Source of the DNA: an uncultured Candidatus Micrarchaeota archaeon
Lineage (GTDB): Archaea; Micrarchaeota; Micrarchaeia; Burarchaeales; Fermentimicrarchaeaceae
Direction: 5' to 3'
Assembly (NCBI GenBank): GCA_963760615.1
Contig: CAVXDX010000011.1
Location: forward strand, 1-39,388
DNA length: 39,388 nt
Position numbers and translations under genes: made by a program. The notes beneath the pieces are model-generated. The model searched no databases. It saw only the letters and a program-made list of their open reading frames with translations, and had not been told where the DNA came from. Of the stretch, positions 9,572 to 17,865 are shown one piece after another (the stretch's first letter is position 1; every line of letters starts with the position of its first letter).

Positions 9572-9601
9572 CCAGATATTAAAGCTTTTTAATTTTGGAT
9601 A

Positions 9602-10657
9602 CTATAAAATTTCACTCTTTCTTACTTTTCTATACAACACTCTTGCAACTTTGGCAATATTAGAGGAGTATTTAATGCACGAGAAGTATATTGAGGGGCT
9701 GGGGTTAAACTGCGATTTGTAACTGCACAATTGCTGGCTGTGTCCCGAGTCCATAATTTCATAACAGCTGAGACCGTTTTCCTTTGCCCATTTAATAGCT
9801 TCCCAGTGGATGAGATCGTTTGGATAGATGTTTTTGATGTCGATTTTTGGCGTGCCAAACCACGCCAATGATTTATTATAGTTGCAGAGCACTAGCAAGC
9901 CTCCAATTGTATCTCCCTTGTATTTTGCGATGAATATTCTTAGATTTTGAGGAAAGAAAGATTTGTATATATTATGTAAATAGGATTTATCCGGGTGGAA
10001 TGCGGATTCCGTTGTATTTATCTGGATACCCCGATTTTCAAGTCTTCTTGTGAGAAGAGTATAGATTCGATCCAGATCTTGCAGAGAACCTTCCTCGATT
10101 GAAACTCCTTTTTCCAGACTGTTGTTTATATTTTTGCGTACTACCTTATCAAAACTTTCCCATATCGTATCTAAATTCTTATTCAAATCAACATCGAGGG
10201 TATACAATGACTCTACTTTGTATCCTTCCCATATGAATGGACGCGAGTCCAGAAGGCCAGGTGCAGAGGTTATCCTAATGTAATTACCCTTGAGATTGGA
10301 CACGAAGAATTTGTCAGTTGCCGTCAAAAGTTCAAATAAAGTAGATTCTTTCCTGCCTTGCTTCATATTTTCATAATCAATAATCAAAGGGCCCAGGTAT
10401 ACGAGAGCGGTTTTATACGGTGGTGAAAGGACCAGTTTTAAAAAACCCTTTTTCTGATAGAATACGGGAAAGATGCCAATCGGGTTTGTGCCCTTAAACC
10501 CTATTATGGGATACAGCTTAGTTTTAGTGTGTTTTTCAACTATCTTAAGCCACTCCCAGGTGTGGAAAATAGTCCTATGCGGGGCTTTTTGAAGAAGTCC
10601 ATTCCACTTCTCTGAATTGGTGGCAATTTGGAGGGTTATTGTCATAGGTATCATCAA
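9602..10657 (-). CDS. FemAB/FemX-like GNAT-fold transferase, paralog 2 (start probably 10645)
   Basis: Same motifs as paralog 1: TIFHTWEWL, VRKNINNSLEKGV, PNDLIHWEAIKWAK, YKSQFNP. Confidence 0.85.
   Translation of the reverse strand: MMIPMTITLQIATNSEKWNGLLQKAPHRTIFHTWEWLKIVEKHTKTKLYPIIGFKGTNPIGIFPVFYQKKGFLKLVLSPPYKTALVYLGPLIIDYENMKQGRKESTLFELLTATDKFFVSNLKGNYIRITSAPGLLDSRPFIWEGYKVESLYTLDVDLNKNLDTIWESFDKVVRKNINNSLEKGVSIEEGSLQDLDRIYTLLTRRLENRGIQINTTESAFHPDKSYLHNIYKSFFPQNLRIFIAKYKGDTIGGLLVLCNYNKSLAWFGTPKIDIKNIYPNDLIHWEAIKWAKENGLSCYEIMDSGHSQQLCSYKSQFNPSPSIYFSCIKYSSNIAKVARVLYRKVRKSEIL
10440..10588. repeat. 149-bp exact repeat, copy 2
   Basis: Identical to 9357-9505 (offset 1083). Confidence 0.9.
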
Positions 10658-10702
10658 CTTTCTAATTTCGCTTGATTCGAAAGAGTTATCTCTGCTAGCA
10701 CA

Positions 10703-11716
10703 TCACCATGCCTTTCGGAATAATTTATAAAATTTTTCTGCAGCCTCAATCATACTTGAAGAATGCTTTGTAGCTGAAAACCATACTGATAAATCTGGAT
10801 TAAACTTTGATTTGTAGGCACTTAATCTAGGGTCGTACCCTGCATCCATCAGTTCATAATACTGAAAACCATTCTCCTTCGCCCACTTAATACTCTCCCA
10901 GTGAACGAGATCGGTTTGGGAGATGCCTTTTAAGTCAATTCTCGGGGTACCGAACCATGCGGATACTTTATTGTTATAACATAACACAGCTCCGCCGCCG
11001 ATTTTTTCTCCCTTGTATTTTGCGATGAATATTCTTAGATTTTGAGGAAAGAAGGATTCAAATAAATCGTATAAATAGGACTTTGATACATTTGATTCAA
11101 GACCTTGCTCTTTAAATCTTCTATTAATGGAACTGTGAAGAAAGTCCAAATCTTCAACAGAACCTTCCTCTACTGAAACACCTTCTTTTGAAGACATTTC
11201 TATATGCCGGCGAGGTTCTTTATCAAAATTTTCCCATACTGCATCTAAACCTTTACTTAGATCAATCATTAGTGTATAGCCTGGCTCAACATTGTATCCA
11301 ATCCATCTGAATGGACGCGAGTCCAGAAAACCTGGTGAACAACGAATTCTTACGTAATTTGCCTTAAGCTCTGAGAAAATAAAATCATCAACTGCTTTCA
11401 AAAATTGGAAGAGAATCAACTCTCGCTTGCTTTGCTTCATCTTTTCATAGTCAATTATTAGTGGACCGAGGTATAAAACAGAAGCTGCTGATGGTGGTGA
11501 GAAAATCAGCTTAAAACCCTTTTTCTGATAGAATACGGGAAAGATGCCAATCGGGTTTGTGCCCTTAAACCCTATTATGGGATACAGCTTAGTTTTAGTG
11601 TGTTTTTCAACTATCTTAAGCCACTCCCAGGTGTGGAAAATAGTTCGGAATGGGGCTCGTGCTAAGAGATCGTCCCATTGAGTGCCATCATGAGCGATTT
11701 TGATAGTTATTGTCAC
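10703..11716 (-). CDS. FemAB/FemX-like GNAT-fold transferase, paralog 3 (GTG start)
   Basis: TIFHTWEWL, PRRHIEMSSKEGV, DLVHWESIKWAKENGFQYYE, YKSKFNP. Confidence 0.85.
   Translation of the reverse strand: MTITIKIAHDGTQWDDLLARAPFRTIFHTWEWLKIVEKHTKTKLYPIIGFKGTNPIGIFPVFYQKKGFKLIFSPPSAASVLYLGPLIIDYEKMKQSKRELILFQFLKAVDDFIFSELKANYVRIRCSPGFLDSRPFRWIGYNVEPGYTLMIDLSKGLDAVWENFDKEPRRHIEMSSKEGVSVEEGSVEDLDFLHSSINRRFKEQGLESNVSKSYLYDLFESFFPQNLRIFIAKYKGEKIGGGAVLCYNNKVSAWFGTPRIDLKGISQTDLVHWESIKWAKENGFQYYELMDAGYDPRLSAYKSKFNPDLSVWFSATKHSSSMIEAAEKFYKLFRKAW
11513..11644. repeat. 132-bp exact repeat, copy 3
   Basis: Identical to 9359-9490 (offset 2154). Confidence 0.9.
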
Positions 11717-11735
11717 AATATCATCTGCCGAATAT

Positions 11736-12773
11736 TTATTTTTTTAGTTTTGCTTGAATTGGCTTTATTATGTTTGTATACGAACTTTCTGCAAGTTTGA
11801 ATAGGGAAGAGGAATATCTCTTCGCGGTTAAACATAGCAATGGCTCAAAGTTGAATTTTGAGTAATATGGATAGAGTCTTCTTACTCCTGCGGCTCCTAC
11901 CGTTATATACCTACTAAACCCATTATCACAGGCCCATTTTAGCGCAAACCAGTTTAACAGGTCATTTGCGTTAACATCCTTTGTTTCTGGTTTTGGATTG
12001 CCAATCCAGCTTGCTATTTCATTCTTGTAATGAGCCTCAATTAAACCTGTTATCACTTCCCCTTCATACTCCGCAACCCAGATTTTTATATTACTGCTGA
12101 ATTTATTATAGATTTCACGGAGGTATTGTTCGCTTACTGTCACAGGCTTATCCTGTTCACTGTATCTCCTCTGCATCAGATGGTATATCTTGGGTATATC
12201 CGCATCTTCCCCTTCCCTCACAGTAACGCCAAATCTTACAGCCCTGTTTATTCCCTGCCTGAGTCTCTTCTTGAACTGGGCAAGGAGATGAGCGGAATCG
12301 CCTCTCTTTATATCGACGTAATAGCAGTAATACGGACTAATCTCATAGCCCGCCCACATGAGCGGACGTAAGTCATTAACCCCAGGTGAGAAATTGAATC
12401 TAGTGTAATTTGGCTTTATCTCTGAGGAAATGAATTCAAGAACCTTAGAAGAGAATTCCATGTAAGAGGACTCCCTATCGTAGGTAGTCTCTTCTCTATG
12501 CACCATCAGAGGACCTAGGTATGGTATGGCTGTTGCAGGTGGTGGAGAAAAGAGAGACTTGATTGAAAATTTTTTCTGAGAGAAAAGTGGGAATATGCCT
12601 ATCGGAATAGAATTCTCATACCCAATTATCGGGTAGAATCTGCTTTTGGTGTGTTTTTCAACAGTCTTCAACCATTCCCACCTATGGAATATAGTAGAAC
12701 AGGGAGAGGTTTCAACAAGCTTCTCCCACTCAGAAGCATTGTTTTCATCTGCTACGCGTATTTCTACTGGCAT
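11736..12773 (-). CDS. FemAB/FemX-like GNAT-fold transferase, paralog 4 (most divergent)
   Basis: TIFHRWEWL, LRQGINRAVRFGV, ANDLLNWFALKWACDNGF, YYSKFN. Confidence 0.85.
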   Translation of the reverse strand: MPVEIRVADENNASEWEKLVETSPCSTIFHRWEWLKTVEKHTKSRFYPIIGYENSIPIGIFPLFSQKKFSIKSLFSPPPATAIPYLGPLMVHREETTYDRESSYMEFSSKVLEFISSEIKPNYTRFNFSPGVNDLRPLMWAGYEISPYYCYYVDIKRGDSAHLLAQFKKRLRQGINRAVRFGVTVREGEDADIPKIYHLMQRRYSEQDKPVTVSEQYLREIYNKFSSNIKIWVAEYEGEVITGLIEAHYKNEIASWIGNPKPETKDVNANDLLNWFALKWACDNGFSRYITVGAAGVRRLYPYYSKFNFEPLLCLTAKRYSSSLFKLAESSYTNIIKPIQAKLKK

Positions 12774-12774
12774 G

Positions 12775-14310
12775 CTACCACAGTTTGATTAGCTTTTTTT
12801 CCTTCAGTGCAAATGTTTTATACTCGGAATTTGAAGCGGGGAAGATGTCCACATATTGCATATTCTTTGAATTTGAGAGTATTTCAAGTTTACCCTTCCC
12901 GGATGATATAGAAGGTTTAAATGAACTTCTCTCAGACCACCAACGGCATATGCTGCGTCCGTTTGTTACCCAAGCCCCACGTTTTCTGCAGAATTCAATT
13001 ATACGTTCGTACTCCTGGGCCCAGCCAGGGCACTCATGTCTATCAAATGCTGTGTGGTGCCACAAAATGGTCAGAACTCCGCCGTACTGCTCCACCTCAT
13101 GTATAAACGGGAGGCACTCTCCCCAGGCATCAATCCCTCTTCTATGGAGTGAAGTATCCTCAATTGTAAGTGGTATTTCAAGTAACGATAGCTTCCTCCT
13201 GCTTCTTATATCGAATATGTGGAATGGAAAACAAGTGCCCCATCTGAAACACGGACTTTCATTGCATCCGAGAGTTGAGTCATACTCAAAACCCACCTTA
13301 TCCTGAAAAATAAATGTATCGGGTATTTTTAGGTTAAGACAGTGCTGTCTTGTCCCCGTGGTTCTTCTGCCAAGCAGACTGTCTAACTCATTCTTCTCCC
13401 TTCTAAGCATCTTCTCATCCTTATAGGAGTAGTATGAGCCATGAACGCCAACGTCCCAGCCCCTCTGCTCAAGCTCTTTCATCTCCTGAACTATAAAAGG
13501 AGCTTTTATATCGAATTTCCTGCCGTAATGCCTCCATGAGCTTGGCTCGAAAGGTTTTACACCTGCCGTCTCATTCAGGAAGAAAAATGTTGAGCGTACA
13601 TCATGCTTTTTCTCGATTTCAAGCAGGGTTTCAAGGCAGTCCCAATATGGTTCTGCGCCAGAGAGCTTGTGTGAAAGCGATGCAATCTGATCTCTGACTC
13701 CTGCGGGATTACCCTTCCTAAGTGATCTCAGGGATCTTGTCAGGTATTGGTACTTCTTTTTCACCTCGTCTACATCATGTGTCAAGCATAGTGCAAAAGT
13801 TTTTCCTCCAGGCCAGAATGATTTTCTCACTATGGGGATCTTAAGCTTTTTTCCAGCGAACAGCATGGAATCAAAAATCAGCTTCTCGTAGTAGTCCACA
13901 ATCGGAAGTCTTGAAACCAGATGATATTCTGCAGTGCCCCGCAGCGATTCGGTGTGACCTGAAAGCAGATGCCCAACCTCTGAGAATATATCAAAACCTA
14001 TCTCTATTTTTCTATCTGAATAGCTTAAGCATGGATATTCATCATTTTCTTTGGTGAAATTCACAATTGCTTTGCCGGAGGATGTTTTTTTAGGATGCTC
14101 AAAAACTGGAATCTCGGAATCGAGAAAGCCGCATATTCTACTCTCAACTTTTCCATTACTGACTCGTATTGAGAATGAGTCGTTGCCTGCATCGGGTTTG
14201 CAGTCTATTTTGTCTCCATCATACTCGGCAGACAGACCGTATTTCTCTATGAAATGCTCTACACCAAATCTTCCGTATTCGTTATCTGCCGAATATTTGA
14301 TGGAAATCAT
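12775..14310 (-). CDS. Polysaccharide deacetylase (CE4/NodB-like barrel) with N-terminal extension, no signal peptide
   Basis: LCLTHDVD, RSTFFFL, DVGVHGSY, GTRQHCL, FEYDSTLG, LLEIPLTIED, ILWH: full set of metal-dependent deacetylase-type motifs. Confidence 0.88.
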   Translation of the reverse strand: MISIKYSADNEYGRFGVEHFIEKYGLSAEYDGDKIDCKPDAGNDSFSIRVSNGKVESRICGFLDSEIPVFEHPKKTSSGKAIVNFTKENDEYPCLSYSDRKIEIGFDIFSEVGHLLSGHTESLRGTAEYHLVSRLPIVDYYEKLIFDSMLFAGKKLKIPIVRKSFWPGGKTFALCLTHDVDEVKKKYQYLTRSLRSLRKGNPAGVRDQIASLSHKLSGAEPYWDCLETLLEIEKKHDVRSTFFFLNETAGVKPFEPSSWRHYGRKFDIKAPFIVQEMKELEQRGWDVGVHGSYYSYKDEKMLRREKNELDSLLGRRTTGTRQHCLNLKIPDTFIFQDKVGFEYDSTLGCNESPCFRWGTCFPFHIFDIRSRRKLSLLEIPLTIEDTSLHRRGIDAWGECLPFIHEVEQYGGVLTILWHHTAFDRHECPGWAQEYERIIEFCRKRGAWVTNGRSICRWWSERSSFKPSISSGKGKLEILSNSKNMQYVDIFPASNSEYKTFALKEKKLIKLW

Positions 14311-14624
14311 TTTACCAGCTTAAACCTCATTTTCGCCAGCTTCCTTATGTTTCGGGGTTCCAGAATCCATATGAAAACCGACATCAGGGTTATCACAAGA
14401 AGGGATTTTACCATGTTCTCCGAGGTTATGTCAACTCCAAAAACTAAGTCGAGTAGAAGTGCTATAGCTATGACCAAAAAAATATTGATTGCCGATGATA
14501 TGTATAACCTTTCAAGTAGTGTAAATTTGTCCTTCTTAAAAATAATCAAGGAAACGGAAAAGCCAGGTACTATGATAACAAGAAGGAAGCCCAGGATTGC
14601 CAGAACGTAGTCAATAAGGTTCAC
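14307..14624 (-). CDS. Small 3-TM membrane protein, DUF1616-like N-terminal region
   Basis: 105 aa hydrophobic. IVPGF...IF......LLERLYIS..I pattern. Four-base overlaps with both neighbours. Confidence 0.65.
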   Translation of the reverse strand: MNLIDYVLAILGFLLVIIVPGFSVSLIIFKKDKFTLLERLYISSAINIFLVIAIALLLDLVFGVDITSENMVKSLLVITLMSVFIWILEPRNIRKLAKMRFKLVK

Positions 14625-15706
14625 GCGCCCATCCTCCTTTTATAGTCGTTAAAGCTCTGCGGATAGTTTGAGACAAAGTCCGTCATCCACTTTGTAACAT
14701 CTATCTTATCTTCAAGCATCTTATCTCTTCTTTTTTTCCATTCTAATTTGAAATTCTTCATATTGAGTATCTGGGATGCCTTTCTAAGAGCAGAGCGATA
14801 ATCAGGAAACATGTATAAAAGCCTGTATTTATCCCTCAGCTCAAGAAAATTTCCGCTCATCTCACCGCTTGCAACTCCAGGTTTAACCGCTTCTATATGA
14901 ATTGAAGGGACTCCCAGCACTGCCGCCTCCGCAGCCATGGTTCCTCCCTCGCCGATGTACATCTGGGCATAGCTGAGCAATGAATGCATTTTTGAAGGGT
15001 GAACTTTGGCTTTATACCTCTCGAGTTCATCGCTCAGCTTCCTCTCAGAGGTTATGATGACTTCGCCGTATTTCTCAAGCTCTCTGACAAACTCTACCTC
15101 GGAGCCTTTCGCCACACCGCTGAGTGAGGTATCGTGGGATGCGCTCCAGGATATGAACCTGACCAACGAATACTTGGCTTTCCTGTTCAACCCCAGCTCA
15201 TCCAGAACTTCGGGATCTGGTTTGAAATATTTGGGGTTAAGATATGCAAGTTCTTTATAGCCATTGAAAAGCACATGTTTATTCTCATCAACTTTCTCTC
15301 GGAAGCATTGCGGAGTGCATATCACATCTGTAAAGGGGAATGTGAGGGCGCTCGCCAAGCCAACATTTTCAGTGTCAGTAAATGTTATTGAAGATTTTCC
15401 CATGAACTTCGCAACATGCGCAGTATATGGATTATGCAAACCTATGAAAAGCTCTGATTTTTTCCTCCTAGCTATTCCGAGAATACCTAGATCTCTTCTT
15501 AGCATATTAATCGACTTGCCAAGTAGGCCTTTCTCGTGACCCCCAACAACGGCATATTCAAAACCATAGGCTTTGAGAAGCTGTATGAGAACATCTTTAT
15601 CCCTCGCAGTTATCTGCACTTTATCTCCATTCTTTTCGAGATTTCTTATCATATTTTTGAAGAAGTGGAGATGAGCGGGATGGCCAAGATCTATAAGCAG
15701 ATTCAT
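14621..15706 (-). CDS. DUF354 family protein (predicted GT-B-fold glycosyltransferase)
   Basis: IDLGHPAHLHFFK, ITARDKD, FTDTE, FNGYKELAYL, IGEGGTMAAEAAVLGVPSI. Start moved to ATG 15706 (AGGTG RBS, no overlap with the upstream gene). Confidence 0.85.
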   Translation of the reverse strand: MNLLIDLGHPAHLHFFKNMIRNLEKNGDKVQITARDKDVLIQLLKAYGFEYAVVGGHEKGLLGKSINMLRRDLGILGIARRKKSELFIGLHNPYTAHVAKFMGKSSITFTDTENVGLASALTFPFTDVICTPQCFREKVDENKHVLFNGYKELAYLNPKYFKPDPEVLDELGLNRKAKYSLVRFISWSASHDTSLSGVAKGSEVEFVRELEKYGEVIITSERKLSDELERYKAKVHPSKMHSLLSYAQMYIGEGGTMAAEAAVLGVPSIHIEAVKPGVASGEMSGNFLELRDKYRLLYMFPDYRSALRKASQILNMKNFKLEWKKRRDKMLEDKIDVTKWMTDFVSNYPQSFNDYKRRMGA

Positions 15707-15716
15707 CAGAAAACAC

Positions 15717-16349
15717 CTACAGTATCCACCTGACAACTTCGAAGACTTCAGCATACTTCACATTTATCTGAACTCCTCTGGTTATTGCAAGGCTCCTTAT
15801 GAAGGTCTCATTCAGATAAGACCTACTCTTCTGCGATTTGTAGCAGTTCAGCGCCTTTATCTTCTTCTTTATATGGGATTCATTCAGGGGCACAAATGCA
15901 ACCGTATCAAATGTTATGTTATTCCACGGTTGCTCATATCCAAGTATTGTGAACTGCTTGAATGCCCTTAGAGTCTCCTCTCTCGTCACCTTATGGTCTT
16001 GGTGTATGTCATGGGAGGACGGAGTGAATATCAAATCCGGCTTTACATCATTCCTTATGTCGATAAGAGTGTCGAGTATATCCTGTCTTAACCGCGGGAA
16101 TTCTCTCACCTCGTATGCATAGGTAAGCAGATTATTCTTCTTTATTCCCAGGACCTTTGTTGCTTCCCTCACCTCTTTCTTTAGGATATTCTGGGGGAAT
16201 TCCTTAGGAACTGATGTCTCACAGGCAGAGAGAGCAACGTAGAAGACTTCCTTTCCCCCGCCTATGAATTTTGAGATAGTCCCTCCGCACCCCAGCTCGC
16301 CATCGTCGGTGTGCGGGCTGATAACCAATATTTTACTAAACATACACAT
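15717..16349 (-). CDS. PIG-L/LmbE family N-acetyl sugar deacetylase
   Basis: SPHTDDGELGCGG and DIHQDH zinc-binding motifs. C-terminal YAEVFEV. Confidence 0.92.
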   Translation of the reverse strand: MCMFSKILVISPHTDDGELGCGGTISKFIGGGKEVFYVALSACETSVPKEFPQNILKKEVREATKVLGIKKNNLLTYAYEVREFPRLRQDILDTLIDIRNDVKPDLIFTPSSHDIHQDHKVTREETLRAFKQFTILGYEQPWNNITFDTVAFVPLNESHIKKKIKALNCYKSQKSRSYLNETFIRSLAITRGVQINVKYAEVFEVVRWIL

Positions 16350-16355
16350 CCCTCG

Positions 16356-17861
16356 TTATATTTTTACTTTATCTTTAATATAATTTAGATTGTTATATAT
16401 TTTTGATATTTGTTCTTCAGAAAGATTAACCCATCTCGTGGGCTTGTTGTATATTACATCTCCTTCAAGTATATAAAACTCATCGAATTTCGTTATGCGG
16501 AGTTTGTCAATCTGCCATAGTTTCGTGATGTCACCAGTAAGGCCAAAAAAGGCAAATAGGTCGGCCATTGAATAGTTCAATTTGAAGATGTTTGAGGTTG
16601 CCGAGAGCTGGTTTTTCAGCGCAAGTTCCATTTTTGTACCTTCTGCATGAGAAAGCGAGGCACGTATTTTATCTGAAAGAATTCTAGCATCAAGAAAATC
16701 TTCAATTTTCAATTTAAACATTTTCATCATTAGATAAAGTACAGTGAGATGGGCTGCTCCTATGTATTCATCCCTGCTCTTCCAAGCAATGGTAAGCGGG
16801 GTATTAAAACCAATCTTTCTTGAAATTGCATTTGACGTTATTCCATATTTGAGGCTTCCCCCGCTGCCAGCTATAAACAATGCAGTTCCCAGACCTTCGG
16901 AGTAAATGATGTTTCTGCTTATCGCGTCCGGATTCATTTTGCTGAGGGCAGCAGGAAGACTGGCTGAATCCAGCTCCACGTCCTTCCCGCATAGCTTGCA
17001 AGTTCCCTGCACCCGAGATTCCGGTGTGAGGTAAAGTTCTACATTCGCACCGCATTTGCACTGATACCAGAAAGGAATGATGTTTGCCGTGTAATCCCTT
17101 GGGATAACGGCATTCTTGCTTATATCGGCTGATGAAATTGACTGAAATTCTCTGAAATTAGAGATAACACCCATGCTCTCCTCAAGGAGTACCCTCTCGC
17201 GTTGCAAATCCGAGAGACGTAGAAGAATGACATCGAGGCGGAAAACATCATGGGATAAACGTGCTATTATAAACTCATTCATATCCGCAAAATTCTTTGC
17301 TCTGGAGTAGCTCTCATTCATAACTGATACAAAATCTCTAAGATTTGTATCAAGCCGTTCAATTCCAGATTTAGCATATGCCGAGTATATTTGTTCCAAT
17401 TTTTTGAGCATATGCTCCCATTCCAATTCAGTGGGCTTCTCGATTTCATTCAGTCTTTTCTGGGTATTCTCATTAGAGAATTTGAAACCTATTTTCTCAA
17501 ACCCCTTTGTATTTATGGCGGGGATTTTGTTTTGGTACATAAGTTTTGCTGTGCATACGTTATAATCTGAGAATTGGAATATTGGGACTGGCTTCCTCCC
17601 TAAGGATTTGGCCTTTTCAGCAAAGAAATCCAGGAGAAATGCCTTCTTAATCACTCCTAAGCTGGGTATGAAGTTGGGCTGGTGGCCTGACTCTAGCACA
17701 ATTGTATGCTCATCAAGCTCTACATCACACACATCTTCATCAATTCCAGTTTCCCTGTGGAACCTCTTGGATATTTTCTTTATCTTCTCCAAATTCTCCA
17801 TCTGCTTCTGGGTAGGGGCCGGACGATCCTTCAACATTTGTGTGAATTCTTCGATCTTCAT
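16356..17861 (-). CDS. BshC/WbqC-like (HUP Rossmann-fold) putative amino-acid ligase with a Zn-ribbon insertion
   Basis: ESGHQPNFIPSLGVIKKA...GRKPVPIFQFSD resembles the N-termini of BshC (TGQQ..L.TGP.Y...K....VPVFW) and WbqC (HQP.YLPW.GY). WYQCKCG...TCKLCG is a Zn ribbon. FIAGSGGSLKY resembles BshC YIGG.GE.AY. Confidence 0.5.
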   Translation of the reverse strand: MKIEEFTQMLKDRPAPTQKQMENLEKIKKISKRFHRETGIDEDVCDVELDEHTIVLESGHQPNFIPSLGVIKKAFLLDFFAEKAKSLGRKPVPIFQFSDYNVCTAKLMYQNKIPAINTKGFEKIGFKFSNENTQKRLNEIEKPTELEWEHMLKKLEQIYSAYAKSGIERLDTNLRDFVSVMNESYSRAKNFADMNEFIIARLSHDVFRLDVILLRLSDLQRERVLLEESMGVISNFREFQSISSADISKNAVIPRDYTANIIPFWYQCKCGANVELYLTPESRVQGTCKLCGKDVELDSASLPAALSKMNPDAISRNIIYSEGLGTALFIAGSGGSLKYGITSNAISRKIGFNTPLTIAWKSRDEYIGAAHLTVLYLMMKMFKLKIEDFLDARILSDKIRASLSHAEGTKMELALKNQLSATSNIFKLNYSMADLFAFFGLTGDITKLWQIDKLRITKFDEFYILEGDVIYNKPTRWVNLSEEQISKIYNNLNYIKDKVKI

Positions 17862-17865
17862 TTAA

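Noticed and set aside
8720-11644. CRISPR array or IS terminal repeats
   Set aside because: The repeats are 21-149 bp, spaced about 1.08 kb apart, in-frame coding paralogy. There are no spacers, cas genes or transposase.
8507-11716. Diversity-generating retroelement (TR/VR pairs) as the source of the repeats
   Set aside because: There is no reverse transcriptase in the window. The repeats are either identical or diverged at all base types, not adenine-specific, and every copy lies inside a full-length gene.
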